In this document: in pieces, positions 8,201 to 19,200 of the stretch | Layout of the letters: every line of letters starts with the position of its first letter | Numbering within the stretch: the first letter of the stretch is position 1 | Assembly (NCBI GenBank): GCA_017438945.1 | Contig: JAFRUI010000013.1 | Location: forward strand, 29,611 to 93,610 | Direction: 5' to 3' | DNA from: Bacteroidales bacterium | GTDB lineage: Bacteria; Bacteroidota; Bacteroidia; Bacteroidales; WCHB1-69 | Length of the DNA stretch: 64,000 bases | Notes under the pieces: model-generated | Databases searched by the model: none | Seen by the model: the letters and a program-made list of their open reading frames with translations, nothing else | Told to the model about the DNA's origin: nothing | Made by a program: the position numbers and the translations under genes

Positions 8201-10209
8201 AAGACCCTTATATTCAACTCGCTGGTTTGCAGGCGAATACATTCTACACCCTGTATGTAAGATCAGTTTGCGAAAACAACTATCCCTCCGCTTGGTCAGA
8301 GGAAGTGACCTTCCGAACATCGTGTGATCCGCTTTCCATCCCATACTATGAGGATTTCACACCGGAAGACAGTCATTCAGGCAAGCTCCCTGGCTGCTGG
8401 TCTGCCCTTGCCTCTGAAACTGGCATCCATAGTCCTTCCATATATGTACCACATGCTTCTTGGGAAATAGACAGCAATGCCGTTCTCCGTTTTGCGGGTA
8501 TCGACTCCACAGAAGCTTTGGCCATACTTCCCGAGGTGCCTTCCGATTATTCTCTCAATAGTCTGCGAATGTCATTTTTCATACGCACAAACACGAACAA
8601 CCTCCACTTGATTGTGGGGGTGATGTCTGACCCTGATGATTTCTCGACCTTTGTCCCAGTAGATACAGTTCAAACAGTCGAGCCATTTTATATTGTCCGT
8701 AAGGAGGTTTTCTTTGACCATTATCAGGGCGCGGGTACTTATATTGCCATTTTATCCGATTACGTAGGAGACAACACTTGCCACCTCGATGTGGATGATC
8801 TAGTGTTGGATGTGGCACCCTCTTGTCTTGCTCCGTCCGGATTACGGGCCACTAACGTATCCCAGCATTCGGCAACGCTATGGTGGACGCCAGCCAATGA
8901 TGAACAGGCCTGGGAGATAGCTTACGGCACAGAAGACTTCAATCCCGATTCAACAACAAATGTCTGTGCGGTAAATACAAATCCGTTCGAGTTAACGGGG
9001 CTGGAGGAAGGAACATTCTACGGTTTCTATGTGCGGGCAATATGCTCTCCTGGAGAATACAGCGAATGGAGTCCGCTCGGCTATGTAATCACCCGTTGCA
9101 ATCCGATTTCAGTGGTCAGTCAGCCTTACCAAGAATCTTTCGATAGTTATACCACGGGGATTTCCTCATCGGCTTATCCACCTTTAGCGTATCCCTATAT
9201 CTCGTACCCCGATTGCTGGTCGTTCCTTAATCTCCATGCCATTGTCGGTTTTCCAGACGGGACGCTTCCCGCTGCGTTTTTATACAACGGAAGTATGGTT
9301 GTTTGGGGTAACAGTCTGCAGCTTGTAAACAGCAAAGTTAAGCCGTTGTTCGCGGTTCTTCCTGAATTTGTCGAACACCTCCGTTTCCTGAAGCTGACTT
9401 TCTCCTACAATCATTCGACCCTTAAGTCAATCCTTTCTGTGGGATATATGACCGACCCATACGATGGGGACACCTATCACGATGTGCAATTCTGCCCGAG
9501 TCCGAACTACTTAAGCAATTATTTCACGACTCTGACCATCGACTACAGCACACTTGGGCTGGACACTGACAGCACCTACTACATAGCCATCCGGGCTTAT
9601 GACACCATTAGTAGCTGGTTAAACGCCTCTATCGAAAACGTGAAAGTAGAGCTTGTACCGAATGCTTTCCCTGCACCCACGCAGCTGAATGTCAGCGATA
9701 TCACCACGAATTCGGCTGTACTGGATTGGACCAACGGGAATGACGAAGACCATTGGGTGGTACAGTACAGAGTGGCCGATAAATCCGGATGGACGGACAG
9801 CATGGAAGTTCTTGAGCATCCCGTCCTCCTCGACAGTTTGGCAACCAACACGGAATACGAGGTTCGGGTAAAATCGGTTTATGGGAAGAACAACAATACC
9901 ATGTGCAGTGCCTACACCACCACGGCTTTCACCACCCTCGACGACACTTGGGTGCCCGAATACGGTGGTTTTAACCAGCACGTCACCATCCGACCCAATC
10001 CTGCCAAACAATATATCGACGTGGTTTTGGACGAGGCTTCGGGACCTTGCCAGATCGAGTTGTACGACAGCCAAAGCCGAAAGGTCAGAGAGATGTCTAT
10101 GGCGGGAAAGAGTGTGAGAATCCCTCTCGGGCATCTTGCCTCAGGCGTTTATTTCATCCAAATCAAGAGCGATGATATAAAGGTCACCAAGAAATTCATC
10201 AAAGAATAG
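5221..10209 (+). CDS. T9SS-secreted giant surface protein (1662 aa): FN3 domains, choice-of-anchor-J/MAM-like modules, type A sorting domain
   Basis: Signal peptide. Repeated FN3 segments (CDSPNALHVSSVAGSSAMVIWSP, CHTPTNLMATGISPSSIYVTWED, CLAPSGLRATNVSQHSATLWWTP). GVMDNP/GVMSDP...TF.PVDT modules. One WAYRD...PPGAVIDNVQI module. C-terminus is RPNPAKQYIDV...GVYFIQIKSDDIKVTKKFIKE. Only 29 nt from the upstream gene with no promoter box, so probably co-transcribed. Confidence 0.85.
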   Translation: MKKSCIIWCLLLMATLSLPTEKLEAETSGTGLPFALSNSLSDCDSPNALHVSSVAGSSAMVIWSPPTANLPDSYIVRYKADAQPVWTEVVAIDTFLMLTGLERATRYCVNLFYVCGFDTTLSSSVCFRTLHYLECLETDPNPTVISGSPQLESGSFPISGALHSYREEIIRAHELSPDGSPVLLTGISYQYTSPYPLDTKNHVEIYLTHREDSVYSNSFDFTPLTEASLVYVGNFYCQLGWNYFEFSTPFYFDGIHNLVVFVLDKTVDTATGSKAYHKFKCHAIPNNYVSLGWVTTSPLDPNAPFLPTADFIRNNMRFTVCSHSESVPCSPPNIYHHEWSNDSVTIYWASGLNDSVWVLRYRLLGDNGWTYDSTATSPYKIYAPSPDSIYGIELQSKCGDSLYSVWKSPFSTTDSPCRPVSDITLSSVSEHTAEITWVPGGNESFWTYYPVADFTTPAPPPANEGWIATTDPLLLDSLAEGHCHHLWIRAGCGAGNLSSAQPFEFWTSCHEIDHLPYTEDFNNPEDTIYLGAQNSGPLPHCWQKLSPYLNSGPYCTSDSCLMFYSTNNEYKVAILPRLSDDLLISHLKMSFYCKKLQNSYSSSLIVGVMDNPTDLSSFTPVDTVYTPDVNWWNWHQREVFFENYTGTGHYIALKYQNSSSNYFKMDNLTIDTAFTCHTPTNLMATGISPSSIYVTWEDEDGENEWQVALVPSYLTDPDSNHIVTVHEKHYLATNLTDSNYVFFVRTHCANGWGYSEWTSIPVTSFAYQPATVPYSHNFEAGNENAAWRMESMNPVSRWQIGVPNGYSDSLLFVTNNGTDASYGNSLAEAWAYRDFLLSDATEYEIRFRWLCKGHSSWAYMQALVGEPAPIPPITNFADIVYPEGSVPIGNYALQNNWKTTRYVLGSENDNTVRRLYFRWRNAYNSVYPPGAVIDNVQIVPYHCSRPVDVTFEGATAHEAFISFSSGGIEQVAWQYVIDAGDFDPDTVSNVVTVQDPYIQLAGLQANTFYTLYVRSVCENNYPSAWSEEVTFRTSCDPLSIPYYEDFTPEDSHSGKLPGCWSALASETGIHSPSIYVPHASWEIDSNAVLRFAGIDSTEALAILPEVPSDYSLNSLRMSFFIRTNTNNLHLIVGVMSDPDDFSTFVPVDTVQTVEPFYIVRKEVFFDHYQGAGTYIAILSDYVGDNTCHLDVDDLVLDVAPSCLAPSGLRATNVSQHSATLWWTPANDEQAWEIAYGTEDFNPDSTTNVCAVNTNPFELTGLEEGTFYGFYVRAICSPGEYSEWSPLGYVITRCNPISVVSQPYQESFDSYTTGISSSAYPPLAYPYISYPDCWSFLNLHAIVGFPDGTLPAAFLYNGSMVVWGNSLQLVNSKVKPLFAVLPEFVEHLRFLKLTFSYNHSTLKSILSVGYMTDPYDGDTYHDVQFCPSPNYLSNYFTTLTIDYSTLGLDTDSTYYIAIRAYDTISSWLNASIENVKVELVPNAFPAPTQLNVSDITTNSAVLDWTNGNDEDHWVVQYRVADKSGWTDSMEVLEHPVLLDSLATNTEYEVRVKSVYGKNNNTMCSAYTTTAFTTLDDTWVPEYGGFNQHVTIRPNPAKQYIDVVLDEASGPCQIELYDSQSRKVREMSMAGKSVRIPLGHLASGVYFIQIKSDDIKVTKKFIKE

Positions 10210-10217
10210 TATCTTTG
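10210..10217 (+). promoter_or_regulatory. -7 promoter box (TATCTTTG) immediately after the stop of the 1662-aa gene
   Basis: aaTAGTATCTTTGcac. The stop TAG is at 10207-10209, and the box lies 67 nt upstream of ATG 10284. Confidence 0.5.
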
Positions 10218-10283
10218 CACCCAAAACTTTGAACTTTGAACTTTGAAACTTGAATTCTGAAACTTAGAAAAAAACATATTATT

Positions 10284-13200
10284 ATGAAAAACCTCATTTC
10301 CTTATTCGTTATTTTAGCGACGCTGGTGGCAGGGCTGAACGCGCAAACCCTCACGGTGGCCAATGACCCGAATGGTGTTGCTATGCAGGATCGATACATC
10401 CCTGTATATGGTTATTACATGGATGCGGCACAACGGTCCCAAACCATTTACCCCAATACCATGTTGACGGCGATGACGGGAAAATACATCACCGAACTCA
10501 CCTATTATTTCGCCACCGCGCCTAACGGGACTTGGGGCGGTACCCAGACGGTAAAGATTGGGGTGACGGCGGCCTCGGATTTGGCGAACGGGTTTGTCGC
10601 ATCGCCTGCCACGCTGGTATGGACCGGCACACTGTCGGCCAATATCTCCAACAACCAGATGCACATCGTGTTGGACCAGCCATTCCTGTATAGTGGAGGC
10701 AATTTGCTGATTGAGATTGAAAATCCGACGGCGGCTACCTGGAAAGATTCCTATTTCGCCGGTCAGAGCCAGTCTGATCAGCTGTCGTACATGACTTGGT
10801 CGAACTATGGCACACCCCAGACCCATGCAGCGAACTTTCTGCCAAGACTGACGTTTGCGTATTCCTCCACCCCGGGATGTGCCACACCTAACAACTTAGT
10901 TTCCTCAGTCAATGGCGATTCCGCCCTGCTGACCTGGTCTCCATCTCCATACAGCACTGTCTCAAGTTACACCGTAGGATACAAGTCTTCATTAGACACT
11001 GCCTACACGGATGTGACGACAACGGACACCTTCCTCACCATCAGCAACTTGATACCCAACACAGACATCCAATGGCGGGTTCGCGCCAACTGCGGCGATT
11101 CCGAACAGAGTTCTTGGAAAGCGGCCTCTCTGCACGTGCCGCAAGTCATAGGTAATCTACCCTATCACTGCGGTTTCGAGGATTTGGTCGAAAACCAGCA
11201 GTGGATGCTGCAAAACGGAAGCTACCCAAACAAATGGTGCATCGGGGAAGCCACACACATCAGCGGCAGCCATGCCTTGTACATCTCCAACAACAATGGT
11301 GCCAGCAACCAGTACTCCACCGGCAATTCAAGTTCCACTTCGACGGTTTGGGCTTATCGGGACATTTATTTCGACACCACCTACAACGAATACGACATCT
11401 CGTTGGATGTCAAAGGGATGGGACAAATAGATGCCGGCTTTATGCGTATGTATCTCGGTTCTCCGGCAACCCCTTCGGGAATGTCGGTTCCCGGCAACGC
11501 CATCCAAATGAGGACATTTTATTTCATAGAAAACTGGCAGCATTTCCATTTCGTTGTAGATAGCACGCACCGGGGTTTGCAGCGGATCTATTTTGTGTGG
11601 AACAACGGCTCTACCGTTGGCGTCAACCCTCCTGCCGCCTTCGACAATCTTACAGTGACCGGCGTCAACATTCCAGCCCCTACAGGATTGACCGCCACAG
11701 ACATCACTACCTCGTCCGCGACGCTTTCCTGGAATGGCAGCGCCTCGTCTTCCTATACCCTCTCCTACCGTATTGCCTCTGACACCGTCAGCACAGAAGT
11801 GACGGTCAGCGACACCTTCTTCGTGGCCACAGGATTGGATGTGTCACAGACCTATTTGTGGAAGGTCAAGGTGAACACAGGTACAGGAAGCGCATGGAGC
11901 GGTGAAAGCAGTTTCAAAACCCTGGCGAACATAGCGCAAGTGCCCTACCAGTGCGATTTCGAGGACAATTTGGAGAACCAGCAATGGCAGCTCGTCAACG
12001 GCAACTACCCCAACCGCTGGTTCATTGGAAGTGCCGTGAACCATGGCGGCGAAAAAGCGCTGTTCGTCTCCGACAATAACGGGGTGTCATACAGTTACAA
12101 CACCAATGTTTCCTACATTTGGGCATACCGCGACATTGACTTTGACACCATTTACGCTGGCCACCGTCTCTCCTTCGACTGTAAAAACCACACCTTCTAC
12201 AGCAGCAGTTACCATGGCACTTTCCGAGTGTATATTGGCGACCCCGTTGTCCCGAACGGCGGATATATTCCGGCTGGAGCTGTGCAGTTAGGCAGTGACA
12301 TTTACAACCAGAACAACTGGACACGACCCACTTTCCTGTTAGATTCCACCTACAGAGGAGTGAAACGCCTCTATTTCTATTGGCACACGCCCGGCTCCTA
12401 TTCCCGTGTGAATCCTCCTGCCGCAGTGGACAATGTCACCATCGAGAGCTTCACCTGCGCGACACCCGAGGGGCTTGCCGCCCAACCCGACAGCACCTAC
12501 GCTGTCCTCACCTGGAACGCGCCTGTTTTCGGCACGGCTTCCTCCTATACGCTGGCTTACAAGACATTGTCTGACCTTGAATACACGGAAGTGACGGTAA
12601 CCGACACCTTCTATCTTCTAACAGGATTGACGGCCTCCACCGAATACGAATGGAAGGTTCGCGCCCACTGTTCCGCAAACGATGAGAGCGACTGGAGCGA
12701 GTCGGTTTCGTTCATCACCGCACCCTTGTTAGCGCAACTTCCCTACTTCTGCGGGTTTGAAGATGCGTTGGAGAACCAGCAGTGGCGTTTCGTGAGACTG
12801 GCGGACGAGGGCTGGTTTATCGGGACCGCCACAGCCCACACAGGAGAACATTCGCTGTACAATTCCAACGATGGAGGAACAAGCTATGCGGTGAACCAAG
12901 CGGACTACGGATCCAATGTACACGAATTCTGGGCCTACCGCGACGTTAACTTCACTCCCGGGTATGCCGACTACCAGATTTCTTTCGACTACAAAGGCAT
13001 AGAAAACGCGTGGAGCAATTTGGTGCTGTTTATTGGCAACACTGGGGTAAGTGAGCCGGCCACATACACTTACACACCGGCAGGGACCCTTTTCTCCCAA
13101 TATTTATCCGCCCAAGACACCGCTTGGCATCACTTCTCCCTTACAATTGACTCGACTTATCAGGGAGTGAAGCGGATTTATTTCCATTTCAGCAACTCGT

Positions 13201-16200
13201 ACGATCCGTGCGAAGCGCCTGCCGCCATTGACAATCTCACCATTACGGGAAACGCCTGTCAGAGCGTCCGCAACTTGCAGACTCTCAGCATTTCCGACAC
13301 ATTTGCGATACTCGCTTGGAATCCTGTTGAGGCCGAGAATTACACAGTGGCCTATAAAACAGCTGACGAAACGGGGTTTACGGAAGTGCAAACCAGTGAC
13401 ACGACCCTTCAGCTCAATGGTCTGCTCCCGTCCACAACCTATGAATGGAAGGTGCGGGCGCATTGTTCGGATTCAACGGAGAGTTACTGGAGCGAACCGC
13501 TTACCTTCACCACGATACAGCTGCTTTCACATCTGCCTTACTTCTGCGATTTTGAAAACGCTGACGAAAACGCCCATTGGGAAACAACCGTTATCAACGG
13601 CAACAACCAGTGGTTCATCGGCAACGCTGCCAACAACGGCGGAACATCGTCCATCTACATCTCGCAGGATAATGGTCTTACCAACACCTTTGACATCAAC
13701 AGCACCTCTCAGGCAGGCGCATACCGCGACATCTACTTCGACCCCGAATACAAGGAATACCTCCTTTCCTTTGACGTGCGTTGCCAAGGCGGAGCATTGT
13801 CCATGGCAGCGATTCTAATCGGGAGTTCCACTGACTTCGACAATGACGCGGTACAGCTTGGCGGCGAGATATACGGACTGCCCGAATGGACACACTACGA
13901 AGTAATCCTTGACTCCACCTTTGCCGGCAACCGTCGCCTCTACCTGAACTGGAACAATATCTATTGGAGCTCCTTCAATCCGGGGGAGAATCCGCCTGCC
14001 GCCTTCGATAACATCTCCATATCGGGGGTGAGCTGCAGCAAACCCGTTGCCTTAGCCATGTCTGACATTGGCCTGCACACTGCCACGGTTTCCTGGTCGA
14101 GCGGAAATGCGGGGACAGCCGCCTCTTACACCGTGTCTTACCGCAAAAACACAGACACTGCATACGCTGAGGTGACCGTTTCCGACACCACCCTGCAACT
14201 CACAGAGCTCCAATCCGGCAGTCATTATTTCTGGAAAGTGCGCGCAAACTGTCAAGAGGGGGAAACGGGCGACTGGAGTGCGGAAAAAGAGTTCTACACT
14301 TTTGCGGAACTACCCTATTCATGTGGATTTGAGACTGCGGAAGAAAGTGATTTATGGGTGTCGCATTACCAAGCCACGTATGATAACGTAGCTGTTTATG
14401 AGAACCGCTGGTCGGTGGGTGAAGCGACTCACAGCACGGGAACTTCCGCCATGTATATTTCCAGCGATAACGGATTGTCCAACACCTATTCCTTTGATTA
14501 CGGCTGTACAGCATGGACGACGTTAAGTCTGTATCTTGATCCCGCCTACCCCGAATACCAGATTTCGTTTGACTTCAAAGGGGTCGGCGAGCAGGGACAA
14601 GACTACATGCGTGTGTATTGCGGCGACCCGACCTACACTTCCGACCAATCTTCTTTCCCCAATAATGTGGAACAGATAGGAGGGGATTTCAACCTCACGG
14701 AAGATTGGACGACCTTCACTTTCACGCTCGACTCCACGCACACTGGTTACAAACAGCTGTATTTTAGCTGGACAAACAATTATTACGATGGGGTGAATCC
14801 GCCCGCAGCCGTTGATAACATCATCATCATCGGTAATTCATGCGGCATCCCGACCAATATGACCCAACAGATTGCGGATTCAACGGCCATGCTGAAATGG
14901 TCGGCCAATATCGGTGAGCCCGAATCCTACATTTTGGCTTACAAGAAAACTTCTGACAGTGTGTTCACAGAAATCAACACCACAGACACTTCCCTCCTGC
15001 TCACCGCTCTTTTGCCCGAGACCGACTATGTCTGGAAAGTGCGGGCTGTATGCGATGACGACTCACAAAGTTTCTGGAGCAACACATTAGGTTTCACCAC
15101 CACGCAGCCGCTAAATCACCTGCCGTATCTCTGTTCCTTCGATGATGCGGAAGAGAACGGACAATGGACGATGGTGAATGGCGATGCTGAGAACCAGTGG
15201 GTCATCGGCAATGCCACTGGTTACGGCGACAACAGCGCCCTCTACATCTCCAACGACAACGGCACGACCAACGCCTACGATGTTTACTCCGCCGCCTCGG
15301 TTTGGGCTTACCGCGATGTCTATTTTGACGAGAATTTCCAAGCATACCAGCTGTCCTTCGACTATAAGAGCATGGGACAGAACACTGCTGACTACATGCA
15401 GGTGTTCGTGGGCACTCCCGCCGCTCCTTCCGGCACGGCTATTCCGAGCGGAGCGGTACAACTCGGCGGACAGTTCTCCTACATCAACAATTGGGCTCAC
15501 TATTCTTTCCTTGTGGATTCCACACACGTCGGAGCGCAGCGCATCTATTTCCTGTGGGTCAACAACAACTCCACGGGAGTGCAGCCGCCCGCCGCAGTCG
15601 ATAATCTCGCCATCCTCGGACTGACTTGTGTCACCCCTTCTGAGCCAGTGGTAACGGACATGACGGACAACACCGTGACACTCAGCTGGTCACCGAATCC
15701 GGTCGGCACTGCCGCCTCCTACACGGTGAGCGTACGACAGGCGGAGAGCACCACAACCACCGAATACACGACCACGGACACTTTCTTGACCGTAAGCGGA
15801 CTCACTCCGTCCGCCGCCTACTTCTGCAAAGTGCGCGCCAACTGCTCCGCCAACGACCATAGTGGATGGACCAGCGACCTCAGCGTCCAGATGCCGGCGG
15901 TTTTGCCCTACGTCTGTGACTTTGAAGATGCCAACGAGCGCAATGCTTGGCAAACTGTAAATGGGAATTATATTAACCAATGGTATATTGGCAATGCCGT
16001 TAACAATGGCGGGGATTATTCTATATACATTTCCAATGACGGTGGCGTTTCTTACGCCTTTTCCCAAAGTTACTCTACTGCCAACTTCTCATACGTGTGG
16101 GCATATCGGGACATTTATTTCGACCCGTCCGACTCTGTATATACTCTCTCTTTCGACTTCCGTGGGGTAGGTGGGACAGACTGGCGATATTTATCTTATG

Positions 16201-19200
16201 CGAATGTTTACATAGGTACACCTACTATCCCCAACGGCTCAACAGTACCCGACGATCTCACCGCACTTGAAACCGGTCTTTGCGGAATGTCGGCGTGGAC
16301 AACCAAGACCTACACGTTGGACCACACCTATTCTGGTCTGCAGCGTCTCTATTTCTTCTGGAGCAACACGGGCTATTATGTCGCCAACCCGCCGGCCGCT
16401 ATCGACAACATCAACATTGAAGGCACCCCTTGCACTAACGTTCCTTCCGAACTGACCGCACAGGTGATGGATACGCTCGCCAATCTATTGTGGTCTATGC
16501 CCAACGGCAGTGCCGAATCCTACACTGTCGCTTACAAACTGCAATATGATACCGCCTTCACCTACATCACCGTACAGGACGAACATCTCACCATTGGCAA
16601 CCTCAGTCCGCTGACCACCTACGTTTGGAAAGTGCGGGCCAACTGTACTGCCACCGACCACAGCCAATGGTCTGCGGAATCCACCTTCCAGACCCCGGCG
16701 ATAACCGCCCGTCTTCCATACGTATGTGATTTCGAAGATGCGGATGAGAACAGCCGATGGACGTTCGTGAACGGGAGTTACGCCAACAAATGGCATATCG
16801 GAAACGCTGTGAACAACGGAGGTAACTCATCTTTGTATGTTTCCAATGACAATGGCGCCACCAACACCTACACGACCAACTATTCGATGATATGGGCTTA
16901 CCGCGATGTCTATCTGGATCCCAGCTATACCGATTATGTGATCTCATTCGACTGCAGAGCTTTCGGCGAGCTGTATAACAACAATCCTGTTGACTACGCG
17001 AAGGTATTCTTAGGACCTCCCACGACACCAACTGTCACACCCGTCAGCTCAAATATTATTGTCCCCGACGGTGCAACCCAGATGGGCGATGTCATCTATT
17101 TGGATTCCACCTGGCACAATGTCACCATCAATTTAGACACCGCCTTCACTGGTCTGCAGCGCATCTACATCCTGTGGCGCAGCGATGTGTCATGGGGTAC
17201 CAACCCGCCGGCAGCCTTCGACAACATCTCCATCACACCGGAGGGTTGCGGCATCCCACGCCATCTGACCGCCAACCAAGTGTCGGAGAACGATGCAGTG
17301 CTGTCGTGGACTGCGGTTTACCAAGCCAATTCCTACACGGTGGCTTACCGCCGACAATCCGACAACACCTATAGTTATGTGACCGCCAACAGCACTCAAG
17401 TCACACTGACCAACCTGCAACCCAAGACCAACTATATAGCCAAAGTCAGGACCAACTGCGACACTATGCAAGGCGTTTGGAGCAACGAGTTCCAGTTCAG
17501 CACGACCACACTGCCCTATTTCTGCGGCTTTGAGGAAGCGGATGAGAACGTTTGTTGGATTTTGGATGACGGCATGAACAACCACAAGTGGTACATCGGC
17601 CATGCGGTGCACTGTGATGGCGATTCCGCGTTGTATGTCTCCAACAACAATGGTGCTTCCAACACATTCTCCGACAACGTGAACGCCCAGACCTGGGCTT
17701 ATCGCGACATCTACTTCGATCCGCAATATTCCGAATATCTGATGGAATTCGACATCCGTTCATACGGTTATCCCGGAGCGTCTGTGGACTATGTGAGAGT
17801 GTTCCTCGGACCGCCGGCAACGCCTTCCGGCAGTTACACCCCCGCCAACGCAGAAGTCATCGGCGACTTCTATGGAATGACGAACTGGAACCATTACCGT
17901 TTCGTAATCGACGGATCCCATGCGGGCATGCAACGTCTATACTTCCTGTGGAGACAGCAGGTTGCAGGGACGAACAATCCACTTGCCGGTGCTGTGGATA
18001 ACATCTCCATCGTCGGTTCGCCATGCAGCATCCCGACGGAGCTCACCGTTTCCGACCTTGCCGATGTCACAGCAGTGGTTTCCTGGAGCCCCGGCGCATG
18101 CGGCATCACCAACGACTACACGGTCGGCTACCGGATGAGCAGCGATACAGGATGGTACGAGCTTTCCACCACCGACACGTTCCTCTTGCTGCAGAATTTG
18201 CAGTCCTCCACGCAATACACTTGGCGGGTGCGCAAAAGCTGCGTGCCGTCATTCGCCAGCCAGTGGAGCGATGTAAGCACTTTCTTCACGGAAGCCACCG
18301 AAGCGCAGCTGCCCTATTTCTGCGGCTTTGAAGAGAGTGACGAGAACCGCGACTGGCGTCTGCTGGGTGTGGGCGATAACCGCTGGTATATTGGGCAGGC
18401 CGCGCAACAAGCAGGCCAATACGCCCTTTATGTCTCCAACGATAACGGCGCGACCAACGCCTACGATGTCTATGGCTCAGCGAGCAACTCCTGGGCTTAT
18501 CGTGACATCTACTTCACCCCAGGATATGCTGAATACCAGATTGCCTTCGACTTCCGAGGGCTTGGGCAGAGCGGCGATGACCGCACCCGCATCTTCCTCG
18601 GACCTCCTGTCCCTGTGGAGCCCAATGCCACCTATTCCATCACTATCCCTTCCGAATTGGAGGAACTCGGCAACGGGCTTTACACAGATGCCGCATGGAC
18701 CAGCCATTCGTTCACGGTCGATTCCACGCACGCGGGACACCAGCGGCTCTACTTCCTCTGGAGCAACGGCTACTATGAAGGAACAAACCCGCCGGGCGCC
18801 GTCGATAACATCATGATTTACGGCGGTTCCTGCGCCGCACCTCACACGCTGACGGTGACCGCGACCTCCACGACCAGCATCAGCATCAGTTTCACCCCCG
18901 CCGACACCAGCGACCATAATTGGGAAGCCGTTATTGTGGAAGACGGGCAACCTATTGACACCACGCAGCTTATTGCGCTGACAAGTACCGCTTACACCTT
19001 CAACAATCTGCACAAAGACAGACTCTACACCATCTATGTGCGTACCGATTGCGGGAACAGCAAGAGCGCATGGTGCTCCACTTCCCAAAGGACGGACTGC
19101 GGCACCATCACCGATATTCCTTATGTGGAATCCTTTGACACCTACGGCACCGGTTCCAATCTGGATGGCTATTCCGCATTCCCGAGATGCTGGAGCCGCC